Below are positions 24,544-37,900 of a stretch of DNA of 64,000 nucleotides, piece by piece; the stretch's first letter is position 1; every line of letters starts with the position of its first letter. A program made the translations under genes and the position numbers. The DNA lies in assembly GCF_006345805.1 (NCBI RefSeq), contig NC_042997.1, positions 129,208,001 to 129,272,000 on the forward strand. The letters run 5' to 3'. A model generated the notes under the pieces. The model saw nothing but the letters and a program-made list of their open reading frames with translations, did no database searches and had not been told where the DNA came from. The DNA is from Octopus sinensis (Eukaryota).

Positions 24544-25470
24544 TAATAATAATAATGAAATTATTGTAAGTGCTCAGGTGCACCACAACTTGTCAAAAGT
24601 GCGTATAAAGCATATGCAGTAATGTACAAATGTCTGGAAAGTGAACAGTGTATGAGTCAGATACATGCATGTGTGTGTATAGAGGAGAGAAAATCAGGTG
24701 TAATGTTGGCGAATCTCAGGAAGCATGGAAGTTTTGAAGGATGCAGTGCTCCAACAACTAACAACTGATGCCGGCAGTTTGTTCCATGCTTCAGCAACTC
24801 TTAGCACGAAAAAATGTTTCCGAAAGTCATGAGAGCTGTGCTGTTTTCTGACTTTGTAAACATGTCCACGGGTGTTAGACAGGTGGAGTTTGAAAAGGTG
24901 CTCTGAGTTATTGTTAGTAAGATAATAATGAAATTATTGTATACAGTGCTCAGGTGCACCACAACTTGTCAAAAGTGCATATAAAGCATATGCAGTAATG
25001 TACAAATGTCTGGAAAGTGAACAGTGTATGAGTCAGATACATGCTTGCGTGTGTATGGAGGTGTTGTGTTGGCGAATCTCAGGAAGCATGGAAGTTTTCA
25101 AGGATGCAGTGCTCCGACAACTAACAACTGATGCTGGCAGCTTGTTCCATACTTCAGCAACTCTTAGCGTGAAAAAATGTTTCCGAAAGTCATAGGAGCT
25201 GTGCTGTTTCCTGACTTTGTAAACATGTCCACGGGTGTTAGACAGGTGGAGTTTGAAAAGGTGTTCAGAGTTTATTGTTAGTAAGATGGTTAATAATTTT
25301 ATGGGTGTCTGCCAAATCAGCTGCCAGACGTCGGAGTTCCAATGTATCCATTCTGAAAAACGTTTTCTTTTGACAAGCAATATAAATATCGTTAGCAATA
25401 TTTTTCACATTAACGACAATAAGAATAGCATTATCAAAGGAGGGAGAGCAGATTAAGAAGTTTTTACTTG
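24544..25470 (-). mobile_element. Two head-to-tail CR1-type LINE 3' ends (24544-24920, 24921-25470)
   Basis: ORF 25033-25398: NTRGHVYKVRKQHSSYDFRKHFFTLRVAEVWNKLPASVV, a typical CR1 ORF2 C-terminus; (ATT)n tails. Confidence 0.88.
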
Positions 25471-26314
25471 ACATTGAGACAAAATATCCTTTTTATTTTC
25501 TCTTTTCTCTTTTATTTATTTCAGTCATTTGACTGCGGCCCTTTTGGGGCAGTGCCTTTAGTCGGGCAAGTCGACCCCCAGGACTATTCTTTGTATGCCT
25601 AGTACTTATTCTATCAGTCCTTTTTGCTGAACTGTTAAGTTACAGCGACGTAAACACACCAGTATCGGTTGTCAAGCGATGATGGCGGCGATACACACGC
25701 ATACATTTCATACATTTATATACATAAACGACGGGCTTCTTTCAGTTTCCATGTACCAAATCTCACAAGGCTTTGGTCAGTCTGAGGCTATAGTAGAAAA
25801 CACTTGCCCAAGGTGCCACGCAGTGGGATTGAACCCGGAACCATGTGGTTGGTAAGCAAGTTACTTACCACGCAGCCACTCCTGCACCTACATAAACTAT
25901 ATCAGCTAAGCAAATGACCTTCTCTAAATGCAGTAAAAACATTATAACAATAATGTGATGACTATTTCAGAAAATTATCGCTGTTCTCTTTGAGCATATA
26001 AAAGACAAATTTAGCTGGGGTAAAGTGAGTAGTCCAAGGTATGGTAAAGTTGCTGTTTCATTTCTTCAGAAAACAGTCACACACTTCAATATCTATCCCC
26101 AGCCATCAGAAATTTCAAAAAGATTAAATATCTCAGCCAAATGAAAGAGTATCGTGGAAAAATGGCACCTGATATGAAATTAATAAAGCTTGACCCAATA
26201 AGAAAAAAATCACCATAAAATATTCTCTAAAGCTTCTTCACAAATTGCTGGAGTGTCTCTTTTCATGATATATATTTATACAACATGCAGTTAAAGAGAA
26301 GAAATTGAAATGTT

Positions 26315-26630
26315 TACAAAGTCAGGAAACAGCACAGCTGCCATGACATTCGGAAACATTTTTTCACGCTAAGAGTTGCTGAAGAACGGAACAAACTACC
26401 AGCATCAGTTGTTAGTTGTCGTAGCACTGCATCCTTCAAAACTTCCATGCTTCCTGAGATTCGCCAACACTACACCTGATTTTCTCCCCTCCATACACAT
26501 GCAAGCATGTATCTGACTCATACACTGTTCACTTTTGTACATTTGTACATTACTGCATATGCTTTATACACACTTTTGACAAGTTGTGGTGCACCTGAGC
26601 ACTGTATACAATAATTTCATTATTATTATT
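26315..26630 (+). mobile_element. CR1-type LINE 3' end
   Basis: Same family as 24544-25470. Confidence 0.85.
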
Positions 26631-29139
26631 TAAATTAGCCTTTACTCTACTGTCTGAGAAATGGAAAGACACAATGGATAATATCATCATCATCATCATC
26701 ATCATCATCGTTTAGCGTCCGTTTTCCATGCTAGCATGGGTTGGACGGTTCTACTGGGGTCTGTGAAGCCAGAAGGCTTCATCAGGCCCAGTCAAATCTG
26801 GCAGTGTTTCTACGGCTGGATGCCCTTCCTAACGCCAACCACTCCGTGAGTGTAGTGGGTGCTTTTTACGTGCCACCCGCACTGGTGCCAGACAGAGCTG
26901 GCAAACGGCCACGAACGGATGGTGCTTTTTATGTGCCACCGTTCAAAGATAAAACAATAGTCACAGCAATGCAGGCATTTAATCATTTATTAAGAAGGGA
27001 AAGAATATTCTGTGTCAGGACAAACCAAAGAACAAACAGTAACAGCCACGATATACCATAATGTGCTACATTGTACTCCATTTCTGTACTCTACATTAAA
27101 ACATACTATACTACACCACTGATAGTTATTCCACTCACATACATTGTCAGTACTCTACACTTGCACTGTTAGTACTCTGATGTGCTATCTATAACTCTTC
27201 AGAAATTGTGAAATAATTACTAAAAATCAGAATAATTGTTATTGTGTGAGAGGAAAGTCCATAGAGCTTATTATCTTTACTGGTGAAAGACTGTTTGGTG
27301 CTTGTGTACAGAATACTGAGATCATGTGAAGATTAGAGAGAGCCTCCTTCATATGTTGTATGTGTATCTTGTTTGCAGAAAGTCAAATCCATGTTCCATG
27401 GCCATTGTAAGAACTTTCTGAATTAGTGGATGAACACTAATTCAGAAAGTTACAGTTCTTTCCTGCTCTCTTGTGTTATCTCTTCTTATATTCTACACAG
27501 TTTATCTTTGAATAACAATAATTTATATGTATTTATTTCTTTATTGCTCACAGGGGGCTAAACATAGAAGGAACAAGCAAGGACAAAGGGATTAAGTTGA
27601 TCATTACATTATATTACAGCTGGCTTTAGTATAACCATTCCACATTTCACTACTGATTTGAAGATAAAATATGTCAAAAAGCAGCACAGGTCAGTCAAAA
27701 CATTTTCTTTTTATGTCTAAATATAAAAACTATTTATGTAATTGTTAATTAACAAGTCAAGATGATCAAGCAGATACATGGTCGAAGGAATTCCAGCCAT
27801 GACCATCATATCTTAATTTCAGGTATATCATCATCATCATTTAACGTCCGTCTTCCATGCTGGCATGGGTTGAACGGTTTGACTAAAAACTGGTAAGTTG
27901 GTGAGCTGCACCAGGTTCCAATCTTATTTGGCATGGTTTCTACAGCTACATTCTTTTAATAATTGATGTCTCATGATGGATGTGTACTGGTGCTCTCTCT
28001 TATTTATATTGAATGTTGAGCTGTCACATTATTTGTTGAGTAAAGTGTTTGGTGTACACATCTGTTATTTTTACTTCTTACCACAATTTATTCAACAACT
28101 AAACTGAGTCACAGAGCACTTGCCCATCGTATGATACATCAGTTAAAATATAAACAGAACATAGGCGTAGGGTTGAACAGTGAGGACGTGAGCTTTGACC
28201 TCCGTCCTAAAAAGAAAAAAGAACAAAAACAGAGAAGGTTGTCGAGGTAGGTGATTTTGTTTGTTGGGAGCTGGGCATAATTTATTGCGTGTGAATTATT
28301 TTTTCAGTAAATTGTGCTCGGCTCTGGGACAATTTCGCCTGCTCTCGGCAGGTGCTGTTTTTGTATATCGAGAATTTATTGAATTCATTTTTGGTGGGGC
28401 GTATCCTCGCCCGAATAGAACCTGTTGCAGTTACTGTTGGCTGTAGCCAGCATTGTGTTTGAATTTTTGGATTAATTTACCAATTACCGTACAAAAAAAA
28501 AGATTTATGCCAAGGGCTCTATCATCTTATGTTTTGTTTGAAGACCAGTTCTGGCTCACACCTTAATCTTTAGTCGTTTTGCAGACATAGCACTAGAGTT
28601 ACTTCCCTTGATAATGTCAGTCACTGCATCAACTTCTGAATCTCCTTTGTAACACGATTTGGTTTTAACTTTTGATGGCTGTCTCATTTCATGCACAATT
28701 GGTTTCAGAACTAACTGCATGCTATTGTTGACTATGACCTTGTATGACTATGTGTTTAAGAAATCTATTTCCCAAACACGTAGTTTTATGTTCAGTCTCG
28801 TTGCGTGGCACTTTAAGCAAATGTGTTCTACTATAGCCCCAAGCCAACAAAAGTCGTGTGAGCAGATTGACAAACCAAAAGAAGCCCATCGTTTGTGAGT
28901 GTATGCGTATTTCTGTCCCTTTGTTTTTGCATTCGGTTACTCTTTTATTTGTTTCAGTCACTTGACTGTAGCACTGCCTTTAGTCGAGCAAATCGACCGC
29001 AGGACTTATTCTTTGTAAGCCTAGTACTTATTCTATCGGTTTCTTTTGCCGAACTGCTAAGTTATGGAGACGTAAACACACCAGCATCAGTTGTCAAGCA
29101 AACATATACACATATATATACACACATATACAAACATAT

Positions 29140-29174
<35 letters not shown>

Positions 29175-31083
29175 CGATCGGCTTCTTTCAGTTTCCGTCT
29201 ACCAAATCCACTCACAAGGCTTTGGTCGGCCCGAGACTATAGTAGAAGACACTTGCCCAAGTGCCACGCAGTGGGACTGAACCCGGAACCATGTAGTTGG
29301 TAAGCAAGCTGCTTACCACACAGCCACTCCTACACCTTACACAATACTTGTAAATAATCATCATCATAACAAATGGTGTTAATTTCTTTTCTTTCCTGGA
29401 AACATGTCCTGCTGTGGGGGGAAAATATCTGGGCTGGTAACAGGAAGGGCATCTGTCTGTAGAAAATGTACATCAGTGTATCAGTGCATCTGACCTATGC
29501 AAGCATGGAAAAGTTGAACGTTAAAATGATGAACTTTGTAGATGCTAAGAGGTTGTACATAAATTTCTTCCCTTGACCCACCATGATAGAAATAAACATC
29601 ATATCTTTATTTCTTATCAATTTTTTACAAACCACTAATTCATGACTCAACAAAACACTGCCTACATAGATTCTTGACCTGCTAGAAATAGCAAGCAAAA
29701 TTTTTCTAATGACACTCTACATCATAAAATAAGAAATGACATGGACAATAGACAAGATGGTCACAGCTGGAACACCTTTAATTATAGACCTACTTGACGG
29801 AGGAAGACCTGGAGCTAAACCACAACCATTATTTCTCCATCTCGTTATTTTCTGCTTATTTACCACATCCCATTAGATCTATTCTTTTCATTAATTCCTT
29901 ATTTCTCTTCTTACTGTCTCACAAAAAATATTCTTAAATCATTATTTTTGTCTTGCATCTATTTTAATTTTGACTTTCTTTCTACTGCTTTCATTATTTG
30001 TTGTAACATTCTTAAACCTTTCGATCTGTGATGTTTGTCACTGTAGCCTTTCACATTCTTATAAGTATGTCAAGGAGCAGATAAATTAACTGTTCACACT
30101 ATCACACAATTATTGAACCTCTGTGAAATGGAAAGCATCTCTCATAACATGTAGCCTCTGGTAATACATCAAAGACATTGAAAATATTACTGATATTTAG
30201 TTCTTTAAATTCCTTCGTAAAAGATATGTTCTGTATCTTTGTTCATCATCATCCTTTAAAGTCTGTTTTTCATGCTGACATGGTTTGGATGGTTTGACCA
30301 GAGCTGGTTGTACCAGGGTCCAGTCTGATTTGGCTTGGTTCCTATTGCTGGATACCATTCCTAATACCTATTTCTTTGCTACCCACAAGGGGCTAAACAC
30401 AGAGGGGACAAACAAGGACAGACAAATGGATTAAGTCGATTATATCGAACCCAGTGCGTAACTGGTACTTAATTTATCGACCCCGAAAGGATGAAAGGCA
30501 AAGTCGACCTCGGCAGAATTTGAACTCAGAACGTAACGGCAGACAAAATACAGCTACACATTTCGCCCGGCATGCTAACATTTCTGCCAGCTCGGTGCCA
30601 GGTACCATAACCTGAACCCTTCCTAATACCAACCACTTCACAAAGTGTGCTGGGTGCCTTCTGCATGGCACTGGCACAAGTACATTTTATGTGGCTCAGA
30701 CCATGGGCTCTTGCAAACCAAAGACCTCTTCAGCCAGAAGAGGAGCATTAACAATTCCGTTGTGGTGGGTAGGTCTTCTTCAGTACAGCAAGGCACCAGA
30801 TGTCTCAGTCTTTTGTCATTTCCTTTGTAAGGTTCAGTGTCCTGAGATCAGTCTTCACTACTTCATCCCATGTTTTCCTGGGTCTCCCTCTTGCACTAGT
30901 TCCATCCACTCTAAGTGATTAGCACTTCTTTTTACAGCTGTCTGCATCTATCCACATCACATGACCTAACCAGCATAGTCTTTGAGAGATAATTCTTAAT
31001 TTGCATTATTTTGTTTAATAAATCAAATCACTTTCAATGTTTCAGTCAATAGAAAATGCTTGCCACTAGTATTTTTAATATAT

Positions 31084-32396
31084 GCAGGAGAAATATCTTG
31101 CAGGAGAAATACCTTGCAGGAGAAATACCTAGCCAAAGATAAACCTCTTTACCTGGCTTTCCTTGACATGGAGAAAGCCTTTGACAGGGTCCCCGATCCC
31201 TTATCTGGTGGTCAATGAGGAAACTAGGGATAGATGAATGGTTAGTGAGAGCTGTGCGAGCCATGTACAGGGACGCTGTCAGTAAGGTGAGGGTTGGCAA
31301 TGAGTACAGTGAAGAATTCAGGGTAGAGGTAGGGGTCCACCAAGGTTCAGTCCTCAGCCCCCTCCTATTTATCATAGTTCTCCAGGCAATAACAGAGGAA
31401 TTCAAGACAGGATGCCCCTGGGAGCTCCTCTATGCTGATGACCTTGCTCTAATTGCTTAGTCACTATCAGAACTAGAGTAAGAATAGCCTGGGCAAAGTT
31501 CAGAGAGCTCTTACCTCTGCTGGTGACAAAAGGCCTCTCACTCAGAGTAAAAGGCAGACTGTATGACGCATGTGTACGAACAGCCATGCTACATGGGCCG
31601 TGACTGCTGAGGATATGCGTAAGCTCGCAAGAAATAAAGCCAGTATGATCCGATGGATGTGTAATGTCAGTGTTCATACTCGACAGAGTGTAAGTACCTT
31701 GAGAGAAAAGATGGACCTAAGAAGCATCAGTTGTGGTGTGCAAGAGAGACGACTGCGCTGGTATGGTCATGTGGTGAGAATGGATGAAGATAGTTGTGTG
31801 AAAAAGTGGAAGAGGTAGACCCAGGAAAATCTGGGATGTGGTGGTGAAGCACGACCTTCAAACATTAGGTCTCACCAAGGCAATAACTAGTGACCGAGAC
31901 CTTTGGAAGTATGCTGTGTGTGAGAAAACCCGGCAGGACAAGTGAGACCATAACCCGTGGCCTCTTCCTGGGATGTAGCCAGCCCACTTATGCATACCTT
32001 TCCTTCTTGGGACACAAAACTCTGCTTGTGAAGACCTGTTGAGGCAAGTGAAATCGAAATCGCTCAAAAATCAATGGAAATTGTAGTTGTGATACCAGTG
32101 CCGGTGGCACGTAAAAGAACCATCTGAATGTGGCCGTTGCCAGCGCCACCCCAACTGGCCTCCATGCCAGTGGCACGTAAAAAGCATCAATCCAATTGTG
32201 GCTGTTGCTAGCCTCACCTGGCATGTAAAAAGCACCCACTACACTCACGGAGTGGTTGGCGTTAGGAAGGGCATACAGCTGTAGAAACACTGCCAGATCA
32301 GACTGGGCCTGGTGCAGCTTCTGGCTTCCCAGACCCCAGTCGAACCGTCCAACCCATGCTAGCATGGAAAGCAGACGTTAAACGATGATGATGATG
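31084..32396 (+). mobile_element. 5'-truncated, internally deleted RTE LINE with complete 3' UTR
   Basis: QGSVLSP and YADD motifs; deletions relative to the 19-22 kb copy; tandem 3'-UTR units and (GAT)n tail. Confidence 0.93.
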
Positions 32397-32503
32397 TTGA
32401 CATTTAGCACTGTATATATCTGGATATTATCACATAATCTTGTATTACATATAACAATTTTAAACCTCTATCTTTAAAATATCTGTTATTCCATGTGTTA
32501 CAG

Positions 32504-32565
32504 AGCATCCCTACTTACCTTTGCCCAAAGAAGTTCTTGCCAAAGAAACTGAACTCAACATTCTG
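32504..32565 (+). CDS. POP4: POP4 exon (xHPYLPLPKEVLAKETELNIL)
   Basis: ttacag acceptor, gtaatt donor; in phase with the next exon; the N-terminus is poorly conserved, so lower confidence. Confidence 0.7.
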
Positions 32566-34899
32566 GTAATTCCATACTAAATTTCACTCTTTTCTAAAAC
32601 TGTTCTGAAATCTTTGTTGTTATTAGTTTTATTTCATTTTATTGGTGTGTATGAAATGAACTACAGAATTTTTTTTGTGACTTCCTTCCATCATGGAATG
32701 CCTCCTTTGGCTTTTGTTAGTAACTTTGTTGCTCCCACAAAAAGCACCCAGTACCCTGTGTTTGGTAATTCAGCTGAACAGTGACAACACAGGGCTTGGG
32801 AGAGTTCTTTAGTTTTGCTGATGGCAAAGTTACCTCTAAAGTGCTGGTGCCAAAATAAGCCTAGTACTCTGTAAAATGTTTGGTGTGAAGAATGGCATCC
32901 AGTCCTAGAATCTGTGCCTAAAATGTGACATTGGAGTAAGATGTAGTCCTGCAACTCATTCAATTATGTTGAACTAATGTGGCCATTGCCAGCACCACCT
33001 CCTATGCCAATATGGATAGTGGACAAATGATGATATAAATTGTTAAAATTAATGCAAAATAAACTGGCAAATTGTCAGTCATTAAGTGTAAAGAAAAATG
33101 CCTTTGTCTCAACTCTTTGCACTCTGAATTAAAGCACTCTAAGTAGTATTTAATAATGAGAAAGATCTGGGAAATTGTAGTAGTGATGGCTGTTATTTGT
33201 TCAGGGGAGAGATGTATGATATTGTAGCAATGATGATTGTTTATGTAAGAGTTGTGCAATATCGTAGCAGTGATGGCTATTTGAGAGAGATATTAGATAT
33301 TATAGCAGTGATGGATATTGTTAATCTATTTACCATTAATAATTTTTATCTAAAATTTGTCAATATTTTCATGGAAATAAGACGGCAAGCTGGCAGAAAT
33401 GTTAGCACGCCGGGGAAAATACTTAGCAGTATTTCATCTGTCTTTACGTTCTGAGTTCAAATTCTGCCTAGGTTGACTTTGCCTTTCATCTTTTCAGAAT
33501 CGATAAATTAAGTACCAGTTGCATACTGGGGTCAATCTAATCAACCGGTCCCCTCCCCAAAAATTTTGGGCCTTGTACCTAGAGTAGAAAAGAATATTTC
33601 ATGGAAATAACACTGCAATTCAGTTCTAACAAAGTTGAAGTGCTTTGGCCTTTATCTGATGTCTCTAACATTCATCGAAGTTAGCATACACCATTGTTTG
33701 TTCTGTCAAGGCATTGAAACAGATTTAACTCAATTTCTAATCCTGAATGGCCTAAATACTAGAATTATATCAATTACAATAAAGCATGAGAACAGGATAT
33801 ATATTGTATTGTTAACACTATAAGCTATTTAGTTTTTTCCCCCTTCAGTTTATTCAAGCACAGTCATGACTGTAGAGTTAAGACGTTTGCTTTGCAAGTT
33901 CATGGTTTTGGGTTCAGTTCCACTGTGTAGCACCTTGGTCATGTCTTCTTCTATAACCCCAGGCCAACCAATGCCTTGTGAATGAATCTGGTTGGTGGAA
34001 ACTGCAAAAACATGTCATATGTGTGTCTCCATCGCCTCTTGACAACAGGTGATAGTTTATTTACTTCCCCTTAACTTAGTGGTTCAACAAAAGAGACCAA
34101 CTACAAGATTTTTGAAAAAATAAGTACTGTGGTCAATTTATCCAATTAAAACCCTTCAAGGTGGTTCCTCAGCATAGCTACAGTCCAGTGACTGGAATAT
34201 TTCACTGTGACAAACTGGCATTATTTCATTGCCATCAGTTTTTTTTTTTTGTTTTTTTTTAAATCAAAAATCAAAAGGAAATTGTAGTTGTGATACCAGT
34301 GCCGGTGGCACGTAAAAGAACAATCCGAATGTGGCCGTTGCCAGCACCACCTCGACTGGCCTCTATGCCGGTGGCACGTAAAAAGCACCAACCAATCATG
34401 GCTGTTGCCAGCCTCGCCTGGCACCTGTGCCAGTGGCACGTAAAAGGTGCCCACTACACACGGAGTGGTTGGCGTTAGGAAGGGCATCCAGCTGTAGAAA
34501 CACTGCCAGATCAAACTGAGCCTGGTACTGCCTCCTGGCTTCCCAGACCCCAGTCGAACTGTCCAACCCATGCTAGCATGGAAAGTGGACGTTAAATGAT
34601 GATGATGATGAATAAAATATTTTTATTGTTTTATTTCAGAGCCAGAAAGATTTACAGGAAAACTTTCTTGCCAACTTTTTAGCCCAAACTGTCGAAAATC
34701 CAAGTCATACACTTGAAATCATCACAGAAGACCAAAAAATTCAATCAAGATGGGTCGACTGGAGGACACAACGACATCTCACCAAATCTAAACATCACAA
34801 GAAAACTCTATCATCCAAACTGAGGAAACAATTGAAAATATTTCACATTCAACCTGAAGTCCAAAAGTGAGAAATTCTTGTCAATCGTAGTTGTTACCG

Positions 34900-34954
<55 letters not shown>

Positions 34955-37900
34955 TATTACATTAGACATTGAACTACTGGCTTTGTTGTAAATAAAGACT
35001 TGAGGTATTTTGTGTTGCAAGACACCATGTGAGAGAGAATCGTGATGTTGTAGGAGAGAAATGTGTCCGCATGGATGATGGTTCTCTTGCATTAAACGAG
35101 GCTGCAAAGAGAGAGGTTTGGAGATGCCACTATGAAAGGTTGCTGAATAAAGAAAATGGATGGGAGAAAGAGAGTCTGCCGAATGTTGACCCAACAGGGA
35201 CCAGCTATCCAAGTTGACAGTACCTTGGTAAATAAAACAAGAGTATGAAAACAGGGAAAGCCCCTGGCCCATCAGGAATCACTGCAGAGATGCTCAAAAT
35301 ATCTGGCAGTGTCGGCTATAGCTTAGTTACCCATATAGATAACCAGGTGATACACGAAGGAGTCATACCTAATGACTGGTGTAGCGGCACTATAGTCAAC
35401 TGCTACAAAGGTAAAGGTGATGCTTTAGGCACAAATAATTACATAGGTATCAAGTTGCTGGATCAGGTAATGAAGGTCACAGAGAGGGTCATAGCCCAAC
35501 TAATTAGGGAGAGAGTTAGTTTAGATGAGATGCAGTTTGGGTTCGTGCCAGGGAAAAGCACCACTGATGCTATATTTCTGGTAAGACAGCTGCAGGAGAA
35601 ATACTTAGCCAAAAATAAACCTCTGTACCTGGCTTTTGTTGACATAGAGAAAGCCCCCAATCTCTTATCTGGTGGTCAATGAGGTAACTAGGGATAGATG
35701 AATGGTTAGTGAGAGCTGTACAAGCCATATACAAGACGCTGTCAGTAAGGTGAGGGTTGGCAACGAGTACACTGAAGAATTCAGGGTAGAGGTAGGAGTC
35801 CAAGGTTCAGTCCTTAGACCCCTCCTATTTATCATAGTCCTCCAGGCAATAACAGAGGAATTCAAGACAGGATGCCCCTGGGAGCTCCTCTATGCTGACA
35901 ACCTTACTCTAATTGCTTAGTCACTATCAGAACTCGGAGAAGTTTCAGGTGTGGAAACAAGGATTAGAATCAAAGGGCCTTAGAGTCAACCTAGCTAAAA
36001 CCAAAGTCCTAATAAGTAGGAAGCCAGGCAAACTACAGATCCCTTCAGGTAGATGGCCCTGCTCGATCTGTAGAAAAGGCGTAGGTAGAAACTCTATAAG
36101 ATGTACCCGGTGTAAGCTATGGACACATAAGAGGTGCAGCAATGTCAAAGGAAGGCTAACTGGGAAGATAGTTTTTGTATGTGGCAGATGCTCAGGAGCA
36201 ATAAACGCTGAAAATGTGCAGAGAACAATTTTTGCCACACTCCAGGGGGAAAAACTAGAAGTAGTTGATATCTTCCATTACCTAGGTGACCTAGTCAGTA
36301 GCGGGGGAGTGTGCGCTGAAAGTGTAGCTGCTAGAATAAGAATAGCCTGGGCAAAGTTCAGAGAGCTTTTACCTCTGCTGGTGACCAAGGGCCTCTCACT
36401 CAGAGTAAAAGGTAGACTGTATGACGCATGTGTACGAAGAGCCATGCTACATAGCAGTAAAACATGGGCCGTGACTGCTGAGAACATGCATAAACTTGCA
36501 GGGAATGAAGCCAGTATGATCCGATGGGTGTGTAATGTCAGTGTGCATATTCGACAGAGTGTAAGTACCTTGAGAGAAAAGTTGGACCTAAGAAGCATCA
36601 GAAATGGTGTGCAAGAGAGACGACTGCACTGGTATGGTCATGTAGCGAGAATGGATGAGAATAGCTGTGTGAAAAAGTGCCACACCCTAGCGGTTGAGGG
36701 AACCCGTGGAAAAGGAAGACCTGGGATTAGGTGGTGAAGCATGACCTTTGAACATTAGGCCTCACAGAGGCAATGGCTAGTAACCAAGACTTTTGGAAAT
36801 ATGCTGTGCTTGAGAAGACACGGCAAGCCAAGTGAAACCATAACCTCGTGGCCTATGCCAGGGGTGTAACCAGCCCACTTATGCGTACCTTTCCTTCATT
36901 GGACACTAAACTCTGCTTGCGAAGACCTGTTGAGGCAAGTGAAATCGTAATCAAATTCGATGACTGGCATCTGTGCTAGTAGAGCGCTAAGAGCACCATC
37001 CAAGCAAGGTTGTTGCCAGTGCTGCTGGACTGGCTCCTGTGAAGGTGGCACGTAAAAAATACCATTTGAGCGTGGCTGTTGCAGGTACCACCTGACTGGC
37101 CCTCATGCCGGTGGCACGTAAAAGCACCCACTACACTCTCAGAGTGGTTGGCATTAGGAAGGGCATCCAGCTGTAGAAACCCGACCAGATCAAGATTGGA
37201 GCCTGGTGCAGCCATCTGGTTCGCCATTCCTCAGTCAAATCGTCCAACCCATGCTAGCATGGAATATGGACGTTAAATGATGATGATGATTCAGTTTGCT
37301 TGGTTAACAACAATTTTCATTCATATAACATATGAATCAGCCATAAAAAAAAAGTTTGCAAAATATATTTCAGATGTACTCACAGATAATAAAAATATTA
37401 AAAAGTAATTTTGAAGTCTGTTTGACTGATAAGAGAACTGAAGTAACATTGTAACAGTTCATGTTTAATTCTGTAAATGATACTTGACATCATTAGTAGT
37501 AGCATTAATGTTTTAAATCTTTTGTAGCCATACATCTAATGAATACAGTCAATGCATTCTAGAAAATAATAAACTCTTTCTTGTGGGTTAGTAAAATAAC
37601 TAACTTTATCATTATTAAGCTGCTGCTTGGAGTGTAACTAAAAAATAAAGTAATAATTCTTTCATAAAATTACAGTAGAGTTTAATTTAAATGTGAAAAC
37701 TTGAAAATTTAAGGTTTTGTACAACAGAAGCATCAATGGCTTCATAACATGGCTAAACAATACAATATTCTCTGTTTTGGGAGTTATAACATCTCAATTA
37801 TGAGGTCCAAACATATAGAAGTATTTGTATTCCATATAATTCTACCCAAAATTTACCTGCTCTGCTATACAAATTTCATATCAACCACAGCAACCAATAT

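Noticed and set aside
28170-28250. Strong minus-strand acceptor (pyrimidine tract + TAG) as a coding exon
   Set aside because: All three frames are short or unrecognisable and no partner exons were found
34295-34450. CRISPR-like repeat-spacer array
   Set aside because: Eukaryotic context; the 'spacers' are homologous to each other and the array is part of the RTE 3' UTR
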